Positions 38,401 through 52,497 are shown, counted from the whole stretch's first letter. The stretch is 56,751 nt of DNA, filler included, from Gonapodya sp. JEL0774 (GCA_027604505.1; 2 parts of 2 records of this genome joined end to end with filler, not necessarily neighbours in it), one strand, 5' to 3'. Made by a program: numbers and translations. The notes: generated by a model from the sequence alone, not told the origin.

Positions 38401-39414
38401 GAGAGGGAATCCAGGACGGCCGTGGCGAGGCGCAACCCGGTACCGCGCTGCACACTCCCGTGTCTTCTAGAGCGCTTCTCGCTCTACTTCAGATCACACC
38501 ACAGTAGGCCACGGTGGTCATCCATTTCTGGTCCGCGTATCGATTCGCATTCCCAGTGGGTCAACCGGTTCCTCAACACACTCGACACCACACCACAGAG
38601 AAACCCCGTTTCCATTCGTTTTCTGATCACTAAAATAATCTCGAATCTTTCGAGCAAACCCACCTTCGGCCTCCCTCAACTCCTCCATCCTCCTTGCCTC
38701 CGCTCCACCTGCCCCGGATGCGGCATCGCCCGATCTCGCCCTCAAAAGTCTAGCCTCAACGAGCAAGTGTTGATGGTCTCTTCGCAGCGTCTCGAGAGTT
38801 GCCCTTTGCCTTGCGATGACAATGCGAGACTCGTCCGAGTAGGCTCGGCGGTCTCCCTCCATGAGGCGGAATTGACGTTGCAGGTGGGAGAGCTCGAGTT
38901 CAGCTAAGTTGATTCAACGAGTTGGGCGGTGGTCGGTTTATTGGGAGTGGGAGAAAGAAGAGTATGGGTTGGGTATCGCAAGCAACACACGGACAAGCCC
39001 GTGAAGCGGGGGTTGGATTCTAACTAAGAGTGCATCCCAGTGAGCCACGACCCAAACTAGACGAGTAGTGAGAATGGCTCATTCCGCAACTGCTTGGTGC
39101 GGCCCATCTGTCTCCTTCGTCCCCCCTTTTGCACTTTTCAGCCTCAATGGCCACCACAACCGCCACACGATTCGAGTCCCGACCCTCCCATCTGAATTGC
39201 AGCCAGACCTCAGCTCACCGACACCTGGATCCAAGACATCGTTCGTATCTCTCCTTCTTGCTTCGTCAAACTTTGCATGGACCGATCGCGACCTTGCAGC
39301 CTGTCCCGCTATCCCCGTTCCACCGGCGCCCGCGAAAGACTGCGATTCGCGATCGGGTGAGTGTGGGCGAGCGGACCTGGAGCGGGTGATCGAAGGGGAG
39401 GCGGAGAGAAGCAT
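35451..39414 (-). CDS. ODAD1: Outer dynein arm docking complex subunit (ODAD1/CCDC114/CCDC63 family)
   Basis: ELSHLQRQFRLMEGDRRAYSDES, LESRLDQALQKYN..LR..ER, ELDRILEQDRKLKEFM, ENFSLFNFVTEINNEVE and C-terminal RPLTREELK. Confidence 0.88.
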
Positions 39415-39936
39415 CGCGTGGACAGCGGAACGAAAGGAATTCAACGGTACAGCGACGGCGATTGCGCGGACAGAAGATGCTTGGGAGAATCACTGAGTCA
39501 AAATTGGAGAGTTAGAGTTGAATTGATGTTGAGTTGATCCCCGCCTTGTTGAATTGGTACTCGATTGTGTTCGGGAAAACTTGGTGATTGCTGCAGTTGC
39601 AGCCTCTCCAAACCCTTCGAGCTCCCGCATTCAACGTGTTACTTTGTTAGGATCGTCCGGAAATCTCTTTATCTAAGCATTTGCATTTTCTCTGTACATT
39701 TATCGTTGAAGTCCGGCTCGCCGGCAATGATGTGAGCGCAGACGAAAGAATAACCTCCTTCTCCAATGATTACTCCATATGTTCACCGGCAACAAAATCG
39801 ATAAAATGCAATTCAACATCATATTTGCAATTTCGGGACGTTCCGAGTATTGCCAAGGAAGCCATTTCTCTGCCTGACATATCTCTGCCTGCAAATATCC
39901 TCATGTAAAACGAATAGAGTGAGGTATTGATACTCT

Positions 39937-42900
39937 CTACTTGAAAGATAATGTGCGGTCTAGATTGTATGCTGCCGAGATCAACGATAGGTGTGTGAAC
40001 GCTTGGGGCAGATTGCCTATACCTTCTCCAGACCTCGTAATCTGCTCGCTGGAACATGGAACAGGATAAAATGCACAATAAATGCAAAACGAGCAGCCTG
40101 TTACAAATGCAAAATTGCCACGAACCTGAACAAATGGAGGTGATTGCCGTAGCTCAGCATCATCTCAAACATTGTAGCAGCTGTCTCCAACAGCTGAGGC
40201 TCGTTCTTCCCAGATCGGGTCAAAGCTTCGATCAACCAAAAAGTGCACATGGAGAAGGACCCTTCCTCCGAATGGTCAAACCCGTCGTCCACAAGCTTAA
40301 AGTTGTATCGGTTCACCAGTCCGTTGCTGCACAGTCCACCCTGCTCGATGGGTCGACTTATTGCTTTGATTGTATTGAGCATGCGAGGATCTGTCGGCGA
40401 CGAGAATAGAACTAAAGGCTATTTGATAGGGGAGGAGTGAAGTGAAGTCAGCGGGAAGCATAATGTAAGGCACGAGAAATAGCCAAAACAGTCTTAAACG
40501 AGCGTACCATGATCAAGACAGCTGCATCCAGAACCCCGGCATCTCTCCCTTCAAAGCTTTGCGTGAAGGTTTGTTCCGTCGTGTTGTAGCCCTTCTCCAT
40601 GATCGCCTGTTTCATTAGAAAATTGACATATGAGAATGAATGCACGTCACGAAAACCATTTACTACTGTGTGTCGCCGCACCTCGTAAATTTCATCTCGA
40701 GTGCGAAGCCAGTCCATTCTATCAGGACAAGGAAGCGACCGCTTGTCGGCTAGCCGGAGTCCTCGACTAGGTCGTTGAGTAGAACGTGAGATCCGGCGTT
40801 TGGTGCAAGCAGTAATGATCATTGGAAACGTTGTTTGTACCGCAGCCACTCACTCCACTGCAACCCAGCACATGATCTTCGAGTACAAAAAATTCTGAGG
40901 AGCACTCCGCACTTCCCATATCGAGAGATCGGCGCGCCTCCAATTTCGCACAACGTAGTTGACGAGCTGGCGCACGTCACACCAGAAATCTGACCGGCTC
41001 ACGAACAAAGTTCGGTCAGCTCAACCCTCCCGAAAGACCTACTAGATTGTCTCCTCCTACCGTATCCGAGCGGACTGTGGAACTTGTTGTAAAGGTAAAT
41101 TGCGTCGAGCAGGGCTCCGTAGATGTCCAGTTGGAGATGGTTGCTGGCACCGTTGCCGATTCTCACCGGTCGGGAGTTTTGATACCCACAAAGGTGGCTG
41201 AGTTCGTATTCTTAGAAGAGTGTGCGTTGAAATTCTTTGGGTCAAGAGCTTCGCCATTCATCTTTGGAGGAAAGTGATCTGAAAGTCTTACCAGGAAGCT
41301 CCTTCCCACCGTCAATGGTATACATAATTTGCAACGATCCATCTTCATTCCTGAAAAAAATCAAAAATTCTTTTAAGTGCAAATTGCGTCGCGTTTCTGA
41401 TCGAAATGCCCATCTCGCCTGTTCTCGCAGATGTTTTCTATGAACTTCATGTAACCCTCAGCTTCCTCGATAAAACCAAGACGAATGAACGCATAAATAC
41501 AAAAAGCAGAATCACGCATCCAAATGTATCTGTAATCCCAGTTTCGCGGTCCTCCGAGTGCCTCGGGAAGTGAGAAAGTCGGCGCTGCGACTACCGCTGA
41601 CCCAAACGCAAAGGCTTGTTGTAATTGTGAAGATCAACATGGCCTTCAGAAGTACACACCTCCGGTTGGTGCATAGACAAGAAGCTTCAATGTCAAGGCA
41701 GACCGGTCGACTATCTCTCGCCATCGACCAACGCTTTCGATTTGTGAGTGTTGGTTGGAAGATATTGTGTGAGTTGGCAAACCTACTCACTAGCTGGATT
41801 TTGAAATCCATCGGTGCCAGAACTGACGTGTTTCTCGTAGTAAGAAATCGAGCACTCCTTTTGTTAAAACAGGTTCGGGATGACCTGTCGTACGGGGGAT
41901 AAGCGAATCCAAAACCGCATTTCCAACCACACTGTCTTTGAACCTTACCCTTTTTCGGCAGCTCACGCAAAATAAACGTTACACGCTGTCCTTCGGTCAT
42001 TTCAAACCTGGTCACCACGCCGGGAGAAAGAAGCCCCTGTTCACCGCGATCTTCAAGTTGCCAATCAAAATGAGCAAATTTGTTAAGTCCATGTTCGGTA
42101 GGTGTGAAGGAAATGAAGTATCGCAGTTCGAGGACCAGTTTTTCACTAGTAAACAGTATTCTAAAGCGCCCTCCTCGGTGACGACTGCCGTCCTATTTGA
42201 ATCAGATGATCTCCGTTGAGGAATTTTGAAATGCAAATGGTCATGTGATACAATATCCACTACTCACTGGGTCTTCCTGCATCGGTCGAAAGTCTGCATC
42301 CCCCTCACGGACATCCAATAGTTCTACCTTGTGTGCTGAGCGACAATAATCAAAGGCAGGAAATAATTCCAAGTTCACGGGAACTTTTCCACGAAGCACG
42401 TCGGTCTGCCGGATCAACCACGGAAGAAGTACTTCCGAGTCCGGAGTAACCATCGGCATGTAATCTGTTACTTGTAGAACTCCTTCTTCGGAGAGAAAGC
42501 GTGTGGAGAGAACGTTGGTGTTGGGGAGATAGTTTTGTTTGTGAACCCATCGCGTTCTGGACTCGTCGAACACAGGAGATACCGAGAAGTGGCCTCCTGT
42601 AAAGTATGCGCGCGGTTTCAAGCATGAATTGTGGGTTGTGTAAACGGAACAGCACGGGGGCGTGACCCTTCAACTGTGAACGAATTCCCCAGCAAGAGCT
42701 TGCTTACCTTTTTGCTTATCGAGTAATCGAAGAAATATTGTTGGGGAGTCGAATTTCGGGAAGCACATAAAATCTATGCTCCCATCGGTTCCCACAAGAG
42801 AGACGGTTCTCTGATTACCGATAACTCCATAATTCTCGAGGGGAAGATAGCCCTATGTAGACAAGCGTGACAAATTTACGGATGGGATTATCAAATCGCG

Positions 42901-42949
42901 GTTCTTGGGTTCGACCATTGTTGTTCCTTCTCCCAAACCATGACGTCAT
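39937..42949 (-). CDS. Glycoside hydrolase family 15 (trehalase/glucoamylase-like)
   Basis: [80 protein letters not shown] and [16 protein letters not shown]. Confidence 0.92.
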
Positions 42950-43759
42950 TGTCACTACACTCACGCGAACACGTTCTCTCGACTTGCATTCGTCCTCAGC
43001 TGGCTCATTGAGTAAAATTCCTTTTTGGCTTGCAACTTTTGGCATCGAAACTACTGACGTCCGTGGGTTTCCGGGTGGAAATATCGACAAGTAAAAATAG
43101 CGCGCATTGCTGATCACTGATCACCAGAGAGCCACCTTTACCTCAATCTCACTTGTTTTGAAATATCGATTTGCGAAATACAATGTTTGCCCCCTTCAAA
43201 ACTTCTCTCGCAGAGAAAGGAGTGAAATCAAGATGCTTTGGCCACAAGAGCAGCAGGACAGACAGAGAGGACAGGTACATACAAGGTCGTCGGTCTGTTT
43301 CTGCACCCCGTTTTCATTAATGTGGTTCCCATTAATGCGATACTGCTTAGCACATATCTCACTCCCGAGTACGACGGTTTGTGGTATCCCCATCGAATCG
43401 GGTTCAGGCCGTTCGTTGCTTGGTGAACATGACCACCAAACAGCACCGTTGCTTGAATCCACCTGGTCCCCGGTCAAATATCAATGCTTTCAACCCTTCA
43501 ACGAGCAAATTTGGCTGGACTTTTGGACTAAAGACCATCACCGAGCAAATAATGTGTGCACATTTGAACATCATACACAAACGAGTCCATTCTCCCATCA
43601 GTCACTCCCCTTAACCGTTATCCATGCTACTTCATATAAGCCGCGCCCCTGATACTACGCCACCACTCCACCGTTACGGTACGGTTTTGTCTTGTCACGT
43701 GATCTCCCATTCTCCTGTGTCTCGGGTCAAAAGGTGAACCAGTCTTGTCCGGGCATTGT

Positions 43760-43945
43760 CCTGTCCCAAACGTACTGGATGTACGCCCAAGCCAGGTTGC
43801 GTAAGAGCACAAACCACACATGGCCCGTCCAAAACGTGCTGGATGCACGCCCAGGCCGGGGTGTGTAGCAGAGCTCAAACCACACATGGGCCCATCCCAA
43901 ACGTGCTGAATGCACGGCCAGGATGGGGTGTGTAGCAGAACTCAA
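43760..43945. repeat. Tandem repeat, ~3 units of 64-67 bp
   Basis: Units start at ~43760, 43824 and 43891 and share CC.TCC.AAACGTRCTGRATGYACG..CCA.G...GTG.GTA..AGAGC.CAAACCACACATGG; the third unit is partial. Confidence 0.9.
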
Positions 43946-46414
43946 CCTGGATGCCACCGACCGTCTCACAAGCGAGTGGTCGTCGATCGACGGTGAACGT
44001 GAGGGGAGTTGCGGCTCGGAGTTATGTCAACTAAAGTGACGCCGCGCAAATCGCATAAAAGTTGAGATTAAGATACCACGCGGAGACTCCACGACAGCAC
44101 GGTAATTCTCACCGGTAACATAATGAATCGTACCTATCCACTGCATCACGTGAATAAAAAACGTGCTCCCGGCACGGGATGGGGGTGGGGATTCGATGTG
44201 GGCGTCGTCTTCAATATAGGGGGTTATAATTGACGGAGAGTCCGGTGAGCGGGATCAACAACTTCGACCTATTGGCACGGCATTCATACCTTTCTCTCAT
44301 TCAAACCCACCGCCGATCCACGCAATCCCGAAGAGGAGACGCTGCACGCAGCATCTTTGGGGCATGATGGAATCGGGACCCGCTAAGGTTCCTGACAAGC
44401 ACACGGAACGTCGGGTAAGGTGTACAGAGAGTCATGTGAGCTTAATCAACAACTTTGATTCATTGCGCACTGCACACATACCTTTCACTCGCTCGCGACC
44501 CACCTCCGACGCGCGATCCCTATCCCAGGAGATACCGGCAACTTTGGTTTATGTTCTTCACCGTGTGGCTCACACCACTCGCTCGATCGGCAACACCCCT
44601 TCCTCCTTGTTCTCATCCAAATGTCACCTCCCTCCTCAGCAACAGCAATCCCGCCTACCCAGATTTCTGCGTAGAGGCAACTGTAGGTTTCCGACGATAA
44701 CCGCAATACAGTCTTTGAGGCTGTCCTCAAATCTCGCCACTGCAACTTCTTCACTTGTCCGACTGGTGCATCGCCGAATAACTTTGAGGTCCAAAAATAC
44801 GCGGTTGGTGCACCTGATGGACCGCTGGGGTGTTCTAGAATCAAATGCCTCATATGGACGAGTTACGACCTGAGCGTTCACAAGAACACATACGGGAGGT
44901 CGCAATAATCAGTGCACCAAGCTCTCTGGCAACAACCACATTCACAAGTCCCTCTCGCACAGTGTTACCGTGCCGACTGTGGTCGATTACTTTCATCTCA
45001 GGATGGCTACGATTTTTGTAAGTTCTTCATTAAGTAGTTTCCCGAGTTATTTCGTCTTGGAACTCAATGGATTATGAATTCTCTTGTTTCTGATTGCAGT
45101 TTGTGGTGAACATCCCGCACAATCGCGAGTGTCATTAAGTTCAAGAGATAACGTAAAAAAAAAAATGAATTTCCACAAATGGAGATGGTTGAACGTGCGA
45201 AGTGGTCCGCAGGGCCATATTTGCATCAAAGAAGTGTGCGATATGTGTATGAAGTTACCTCCGAGAGGTGCGGACTCGATGGGGACCAGTCGAGACCTCT
45301 CCGAGATAGCGTCATACGCGAGCAAAGTGAAAAGAGATAGCGCAACAGCCTCGGGAAGCCCTTCGTCGAGGATGTGGTGGGATGAGCGGGTAGCTGACTG
45401 AGACCGGACTCTAGTATATTGCTGTCAGATCGAGTCTTCGATGATGCTGATGTCCGAGCATTACTTTCCACCGTTGAAGTAGTCGTTCCGTCAGTCAGGC
45501 TATCCTTCAAGTTGAGGTTTAGTTTGGTTTTTGGCATTGGATGGGTCAGGAAAGGTGACATCGTCACTTGCAAACCACCGCACAATATATCCGGCGAGGG
45601 AAATCACAAGCGAGACTATCGGCATCATTTCAGCATTCTTATTTATCACTTTCCAAAGGTGCAACTTCCTCTTTCGTTTGATTCCGAAACTTCCCAGAGT
45701 CACGACCAACGACAAACAGGCATCCACAAGTGTTCTGCTGTCTTTCTAAATCATCGAGTGTTTTTCATAATGCTCGGCTCGACAATGCATTACAAGATCC
45801 AAAGCTAGCTCCGGCATTTATCATTGTATGACGGTGTATGGTACAGAAGTAGAGGCTGAATGTGCGATATCGGGGAGAGAGGTTTGCACGATCATCGAAT
45901 TCATTTGCAGTTTGAGTATGGTGAACGAGATTGCTTTATATCCCAGAACCCGAGCAGGTTGCGTTCGCGGTTGACGTCATATGCTGCCTGGACTTGCACT
46001 GAAACAGCCAGGATGATCATTGTTCAAAACCCGAACCATGGATGAACTGGAGGACGACCAGAGCAGCATATGTCAATCAATATGCTCTCAAAATAAGACA
46101 AGTATGATCTTGAGAATGCCTGCCTCGATGTGGATTGCAGCCATCTTTCAACGTGTCCGGAATTCCAATTTCAACCTCCCGCAACCGACGTGACAACTTG
46201 GGGAGAGTAGTCGGACGCAACTACAAGAACATCTTCATATGGTAGGGATTCTTGAAGTGGTTAGAGATCAAAGTATGCTATTCCGATTGCAGCATGAAGA
46301 TCAGGGTAACCTTGTCCAATGTTTGTTCTTCTCTTAAAACACCTCGAAGTCAACTGATGCACTATAGCAACACACTAAGCCTTTTGCGCGTACGCGGCGC
46401 AACGAGCACCTATG

Positions 46415-47874
46415 CTAGCCCTTCGAATCTGGAGATGTGTCCGCCGCCTTCGGGTTACCAGCACCAGCCTGCCCCGCAAACACAGCAAACTCAATCTTCA
46501 CCATCCCGTGTACCACGACATCGAACAGATCTTTTGAAGCACGTTTCGACCCCTGTGTTTGACCGACAAGTCGATATTTCTTGTGAGTCACGAACCCACC
46601 AGACACACCAACATGCCAAGCACGATGCGACTCACTTTCGTGCTAAAAGTCACGCCGGCGCTTATATTTTCGAGTGTGCCATATGTTGCGGCGTAATAGC
46701 CGGCTGCTTGGTACTCGTAGTTATTATGTGTATCGAGAAGGATCCCCCGAGAGATGTATGGATCAGTGCTGGTGGAGAGCAAGAAGTCCAGGCATACGTT
46801 GGGTATCAAGGGAGGAAGGAAGTGTACGTCACTCACTTTTCCCTCAACCATGTCTCGAGCATCCTGCAACGTTCTCCATTTCTCCGTTCACCTTCCTCGC
46901 CGAGTACGAGCGCATCAAATTTTGTTGGAAAAGTGCATACATACACCCGTCGCGGGCGGCTTAGGTGGTTGGAGGTTTCGGGATGGGCAAGGGCTCGGGC
47001 GAGCGTGGTGATGTTGGACAGGGTTTCAGAAGGCGGGATGGGGGGCGGGGGATTTAACTTGGTGGAAGATCGAGGGGTGGTTGGAGCGGCGGAGGAGGTC
47101 GGCGTGACTGGTTTGGAAGGTGTGGAAGACGTGTTGGACACAAACTGACTGAAACTGGAGAGAGAACATACACGAATGTATTTTGAGGTCAAATAAGGGT
47201 CCCGAATGCGCGAGCATAAACAAAGTTTTTTCCATAAGTACTCACCGTTCATCGTCACGGCCGAGCATTACCACGACGATTTCGGCATCGCTCCCAAATG
47301 GGGTCTCGAAAATTTTATGAAAGAGGTTAGGCGCGGTCGGATTTCCAGGCTGAAGAGCGACGCGATTTGAATCGCGTGAACAAGGCGTCGCGAGATGGAA
47401 GACAGCTCTATTTGGTGGGTTCCAGACGGGTGGGATACATACTAAACCTCACATCTCGGTAGTCTGGATGCCAGTGCCGGCTGGTGGTCCCCGGTTCTCC
47501 CGCATTGACAACAGTCCACGTTTGTCGGAGAGATTTTCCGGCGAGCGGGCGCATATAGGAAGTGAAGTGGTTGGCAAGGCCTAGAGTACGTGGAGTCCCG
47601 AACATGCAAACAACGAACAAACTGAGGACCACACCACAGCGATTGACCAGATCCATCTCATCTTCGATTGCGCACCGCCAATGCTAAGTAGTCCTCCCGC
47701 ATCGCCAACCCCCGCTGCCAATGAATCGCCGATGAAAATGATCTTGTGTCTATAGTCGTTCACGAACGGCCGAAATGTAGCGATCCCCCCCGAGGCTATT
47801 CGATTGAATCGGAGGTAAAGGAGGTGCAAGAGAAAGAATATCTGGGAAAATAGATAGCTGATGGGGTTGGCCAT
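46415..47874 (-). CDS. SGNH/GDSL hydrolase-fold protein with N-terminal membrane anchor, degenerate active site
   Basis: IIFIGDSLAAGVG (block I), VVNAGEPGTTS (block II), IVVVMLGRDD (block III) and AGVTFSTKG at the expected block V position. Confidence 0.75.
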
Positions 47875-49966
47875 GTTGGAAGAAGAACATGATATGTCAG
47901 GTAGGAAGGAAAGTAACCACATAAATATGCACAGTGATAATCATTCATCTGTCACAGCAACCGCTTACCGTCTGGTGTGGAAGGCTTAGAGATGAACGGC
48001 TCGTGACGCAAAAATGCAACATGGGATGGGGGATATGTGAGAAACAGCTGAGAGTGTAGAAAAAGCGACTCGAACACGATCAAAAACAGCTTGAGGACCC
48101 CTCATTGAATGTGAAGACCAAGGAAGAATGGAGAAGAGACGGAGCCTTCAGATCATGGGACTTCTACTACTTCCGCGGAACATCGAGACCTTCAGATAAC
48201 ATGGAGGAGAATCATTTCGTATGAAAAGACTATTCCATAGTACTCGCTACTCAAAAATATATTATGGTTCTTATTTTCCACTCAGCCATCATACTCAACT
48301 GATTTGAGTCATGCCCACCTGCGTTAAGCGAGGTGTTGGTCCGTCCCACGAACTCAAAATCAAGACTGAACAGGTCGCTGAAACCGAGAGAGTTTCGAAA
48401 GACTTCACTCAAGACTCTTTGGAGGTGATCGCTTAATTCGCTGGCAGGTTTTAGCCTTCGGAGCCGGTGATGATGCGCGATGCTGACTTGGTTTATACTC
48501 GTCACGCAACTCCAGTCGCATGCTACTTCCAGAGTTCTACGCGGAAAGTCTTTCGACTCCATTAAGGGGTTTAATCCTTTTTCTGAGGAATACTCGGTCG
48601 GTGTTGTCAAACAACGATCAGAGCGGACAACGACTCCTCTCATAGTCTTGTCCGTTTCACCGCTACAGTCGTATCCGTCTCGTCCACGCACCGACCATGA
48701 GCCCCACCTGATTGACCCTCGAGAATTTCCGTTGTCTTTGGCGCTTCCGCAACCCGATCACGCAAGCCCTGGGCCACCCTCCACCTCTACGACACTTGAT
48801 CAAAAACGAGCATCTAACCATGGATCAGGGTGGGGAAGGCATGGGGATGGGCCGAGGCAGTATGCGGAACCAGGTGTTGTAGCGGCGGAGGAACGGGAAG
48901 GAATGGAGGTGGAGGAGACTGATGTGGATGTGGGCGGAAGAAGTGAGAAAAAAACCGCGGAAGAGAGAGATGGATTGGTAGCCTCGACGTGAGAGAGTGG
49001 AGGCAGAGCAGGAGCGTAAACTGCCCTAGACAAACCTATCAGCTATATGAGACAAACTGCCCGTCGCCATAACGTGCCTAACCGACTAAAACTTGGTGCA
49101 CTCACTTCAAGGTTCTACCGACACCTGAACTGGCTGTTGCGGCACGGGCAACCAATTGCTCGCGCATGGAAGCGGACTTGATCGAGGTACGTGTCGGAGA
49201 CACCGTGGTCAAGGAGAGTTGTTTGCGTTGGGAGATCACTCTTATTATACGGGTGTGTGGATAGTGACCGACATTTTCTACGATTGACAACCCTTCTTGT
49301 GACACTGGGCTTTACAATACATTGTCACCATCTCCGGCCTGCCGTGGAAGTTACTTGAGCCGTCCCACCGGTAAACCCACTCCAAGTACACCACTAAGCA
49401 CTCCTGTGTATATCAAAATAGTTCTAAGAGCAAAGGAACAATGTGATCTGCTATCTGGCGAGAAATGTGAATCTGAACAATGAAAGAACTGAGTGGAGGG
49501 AGCTTTTCGGATGAAAAAACCATTTCCTGCGAAGAACACTAAGTAACACATTTAGATTTCCGATATTCAGGAAAAATTTTCCGCATCTCATGGACTGAGA
49601 ACGCTTCCGTCGTGCGAGACTCACATGATTACGCCCCAACTTTCCGTGATGTCGGCACCCGGCGAGTTGCTCGTGTGCGTGTGTGTCCCCGGATCGACAG
49701 GTTCCCGGATCGAGTGGTTAAATCTGTGTCCGCGAAACGGGGAGAGCTGTCAGTGCGCCGTGCCCACCTATCACGAGTTATCGGACATAGTTCATGCTGG
49801 CTCGAGCTCCCTTCAGGGACTATTAGTGGCCATGGTGCTCAGGTTTCTAAAACGTTGAAAATTAAGCGAAATATATTAACTGAGTTGTGGAACTCTATGG
49901 AACACTCCGTTACAGTGTGGAATCCGGGTTCCTGTTCTCTCCAACTTTCTACGAGATCCTCCTCCT

Positions 49967-52497
49967 TCACACAACGGTAACATTCGAATCCACTTTTGAA
50001 AGAGGCTTCCTTCTCTTTTGTGGTACAGATGTTGCTCTGTGGAGTGCAAACACAGCCGCCGCCAAGAAGATCAGGCACATGGCAATGAGCACCATCAAGT
50101 TGACGAGGATGGAAGGAGACTCGAGGCTGAAGAAAGATATTACCTGCAAGCGTGCATATAAAGCCTCAATGTTATGCGCAGAAAGAGCGTTTTGTGTGTT
50201 TTGTCGGTACTCACATCTTCGCCAGTGGGGAACTGACAGGCTCCGGGGATGCACTCGAAAGTCGCACCTTGAAATTCGTTGTTCAAAATAACTGTGAGAA
50301 CGTAGCGAGACACGGAAAGCCACTGGATCCACCTGTTTTGGGAGAACAGCGGAGAAAAGTGGTCCTGAGAAAAGCTGACCATCTGTTGCGACAATCCTCG
50401 ACCGCACATACCTGAGAGCTACCGGGATGGATAGCTGGTTCACGAGTCCTCCTGCAAACAACATCGAAAGAGTAGCAACCATTGGGAAGATCATCTGGGC
50501 AATTTGCGGGTTTGCGAACATTCCTCCAACCCAGTATCCCATCGATATGTAAGCGAGAGAGTTGAGCGCAAGGGCAGCCATGTAAATTCCAAATCGACCT
50601 GCGATCGGGTTGAGCCCAGTCATCCAATAAATGATCACGGCAGCGAGAAACGGTCCCAAGAAGGAAACCGGCGCGTTCACGATCAACTCTGCCAGAAACC
50701 TTGAGACGATCCCGTACGTTCCAGCACGTCTTTCACGAATCATGAGCTTCTTGCTCTCGGTGAAGGTAGCCAGAAGAGGCATGACAGAAGAAAACGCGCC
50801 TGATTTGCAAAACAACGTCAGCACTCAAACCGCGCTGGAAGCGTCGAAAAGTCCATTACCATTCATGGGAAGAAACTGCATGATGCCAAGCCGGGACTGA
50901 ACTCCGCCTTGCGAATAATCGAGGCGAAAGAAAACGAAGCCCAAGAGTATCCCCATAATTGCCGTGTTACCAATAATGGTGCTGTTGTAGAATTCGTCAG
51001 GACGAGCTGTGGAGTTTCGGTTGCACCACAAAAGTGATGAACTCACGGAAGAAGTGATCTATCCCTGAACGTATTTGTGCCGTGTCTGTGGACGAGAAGG
51101 AAAAGTTCCGTAGACATTGAATTCTTGGAATAGTTCGATCGCTCTGGAAGCTTCAGTGGCACCGTTGGACTCTCTTTGGTGATCGCGGCTCTTTCAGTAA
51201 CAGCCCATGCCTCGATGAGCGCAGTGGTAGAGTCCATAGAGTCTGAAGACGATGTTGTTTTCGATGATACCGTTGCTCCTGACAGAACATCCAAAAGATC
51301 TACCGGGGTCAAGCAAAGACACTATTCAATCATGCAGTAAGATAAAATAAATCAAGATTATGAGCCTACTTACAATCTCCTGGGTTTGTTTGAGGGGGCA
51401 GGGGGAATCCAAGTGATGCAAAGTGAGCGATCGCTTCCGAAAGAGGGCCAAACCAGACCGTTCTTCCCCCCGCGAGTAGGTGAATCTTGTCAAAAAGATC
51501 CAGGATCGTCTTTCGGGGTTGGTGTATGGTGCACATGATCGCCATGTTGTGCGATGACGTGAGCTTCTTGAGAACTTCTATCACGGAGAACGCTGACGCC
51601 GCATCCAAGCCCGAAGTTGGTTCGTCAGCGAACAGGATTCTGTCGGCAAAATAGTTTATTGATCAAATGATTTTGCTCTCAGCCGGCGCGCACTCACTTT
51701 GGTTTGGTTATAATTTCGATCGCGATCGATAATCGTTTCTTTTCACCACCCGATATCCCACCAAGCTCGGGGGTTCCAATCCTCGAATGAGCCACCTGGA
51801 AATATTATTGTTGTTTAGAGACCCTTGGATGCAAACTTTGATTCACCGGTAGGGTGATCGTCTCGAGAGTTCACCTTTGTCAATCCCATTTCCTCCAAGA
51901 TCTCATCCACCAAGCGCTGCGAATCCTGAGACTGAGGGGCCCGAAGACGAGCTTGGTAGAATAACGTCTCACGAACCGTGAGATTCTGTGTGTAGTGTCA
52001 GTAGAAGCAACTGAACTGGAGAGATTCGCGACAACACACAGGCAAATAGATATCCTCTTGCTCCGAGAAGCCAACCGATCGCTTCCACCACGATGATGGG
52101 AGGGTTTCCCGGGAGTGGCCATTGACGAAGACACTTCCCGAGAATTCAGCCGATGCAGACACACGACCCGCGATAGAGTTGAGAAGTGACGTTTTCCCTA
52201 CATATTGAGTAAAGAGTGAATGTAAACGCGTTAAGCGGCGATTCGGGGAGTGAAACGAACCAACACAGACTCACCTGACCCAGAAGCACCCATTATAGCG
52301 ATTATCTCGCCACCTTGGATTCCACCATTCACGCCAGAGATGATCTCTTTGGTCACCTTCTTGCCTCGGAGTGGTCTGATTTCGATAGAGTACGAGATGG
52401 CTCGCCATGTCAGTCTAAGAGGGGTCGAAGCGGAACCCGTCATTTCAAACAGCGCAGCAGATTCGTGGGGGGCGACAAAAGATTCATTCGAAATCAT
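49967..52497 (-). CDS. ABCG (White-type) half-size ABC transporter
   Basis: GEIIAIMGASGSG(K), ISGGEKKRLSIA, ILFADEPTSGLD, CTIHQPR, C-terminal ABC2 membrane domain (RERRAGTY, IYWMTGL, WIQWLS). Confidence 0.95.

Noticed and set aside
43760..43945. CRISPR array
   Set aside because: Units are similar along their full length with no unique spacers; no cas genes; eukaryotic context.
46252..47148. 298-aa plus-strand ORF
   Set aside because: Antisense to the SGNH-like gene; no recognisable domain.
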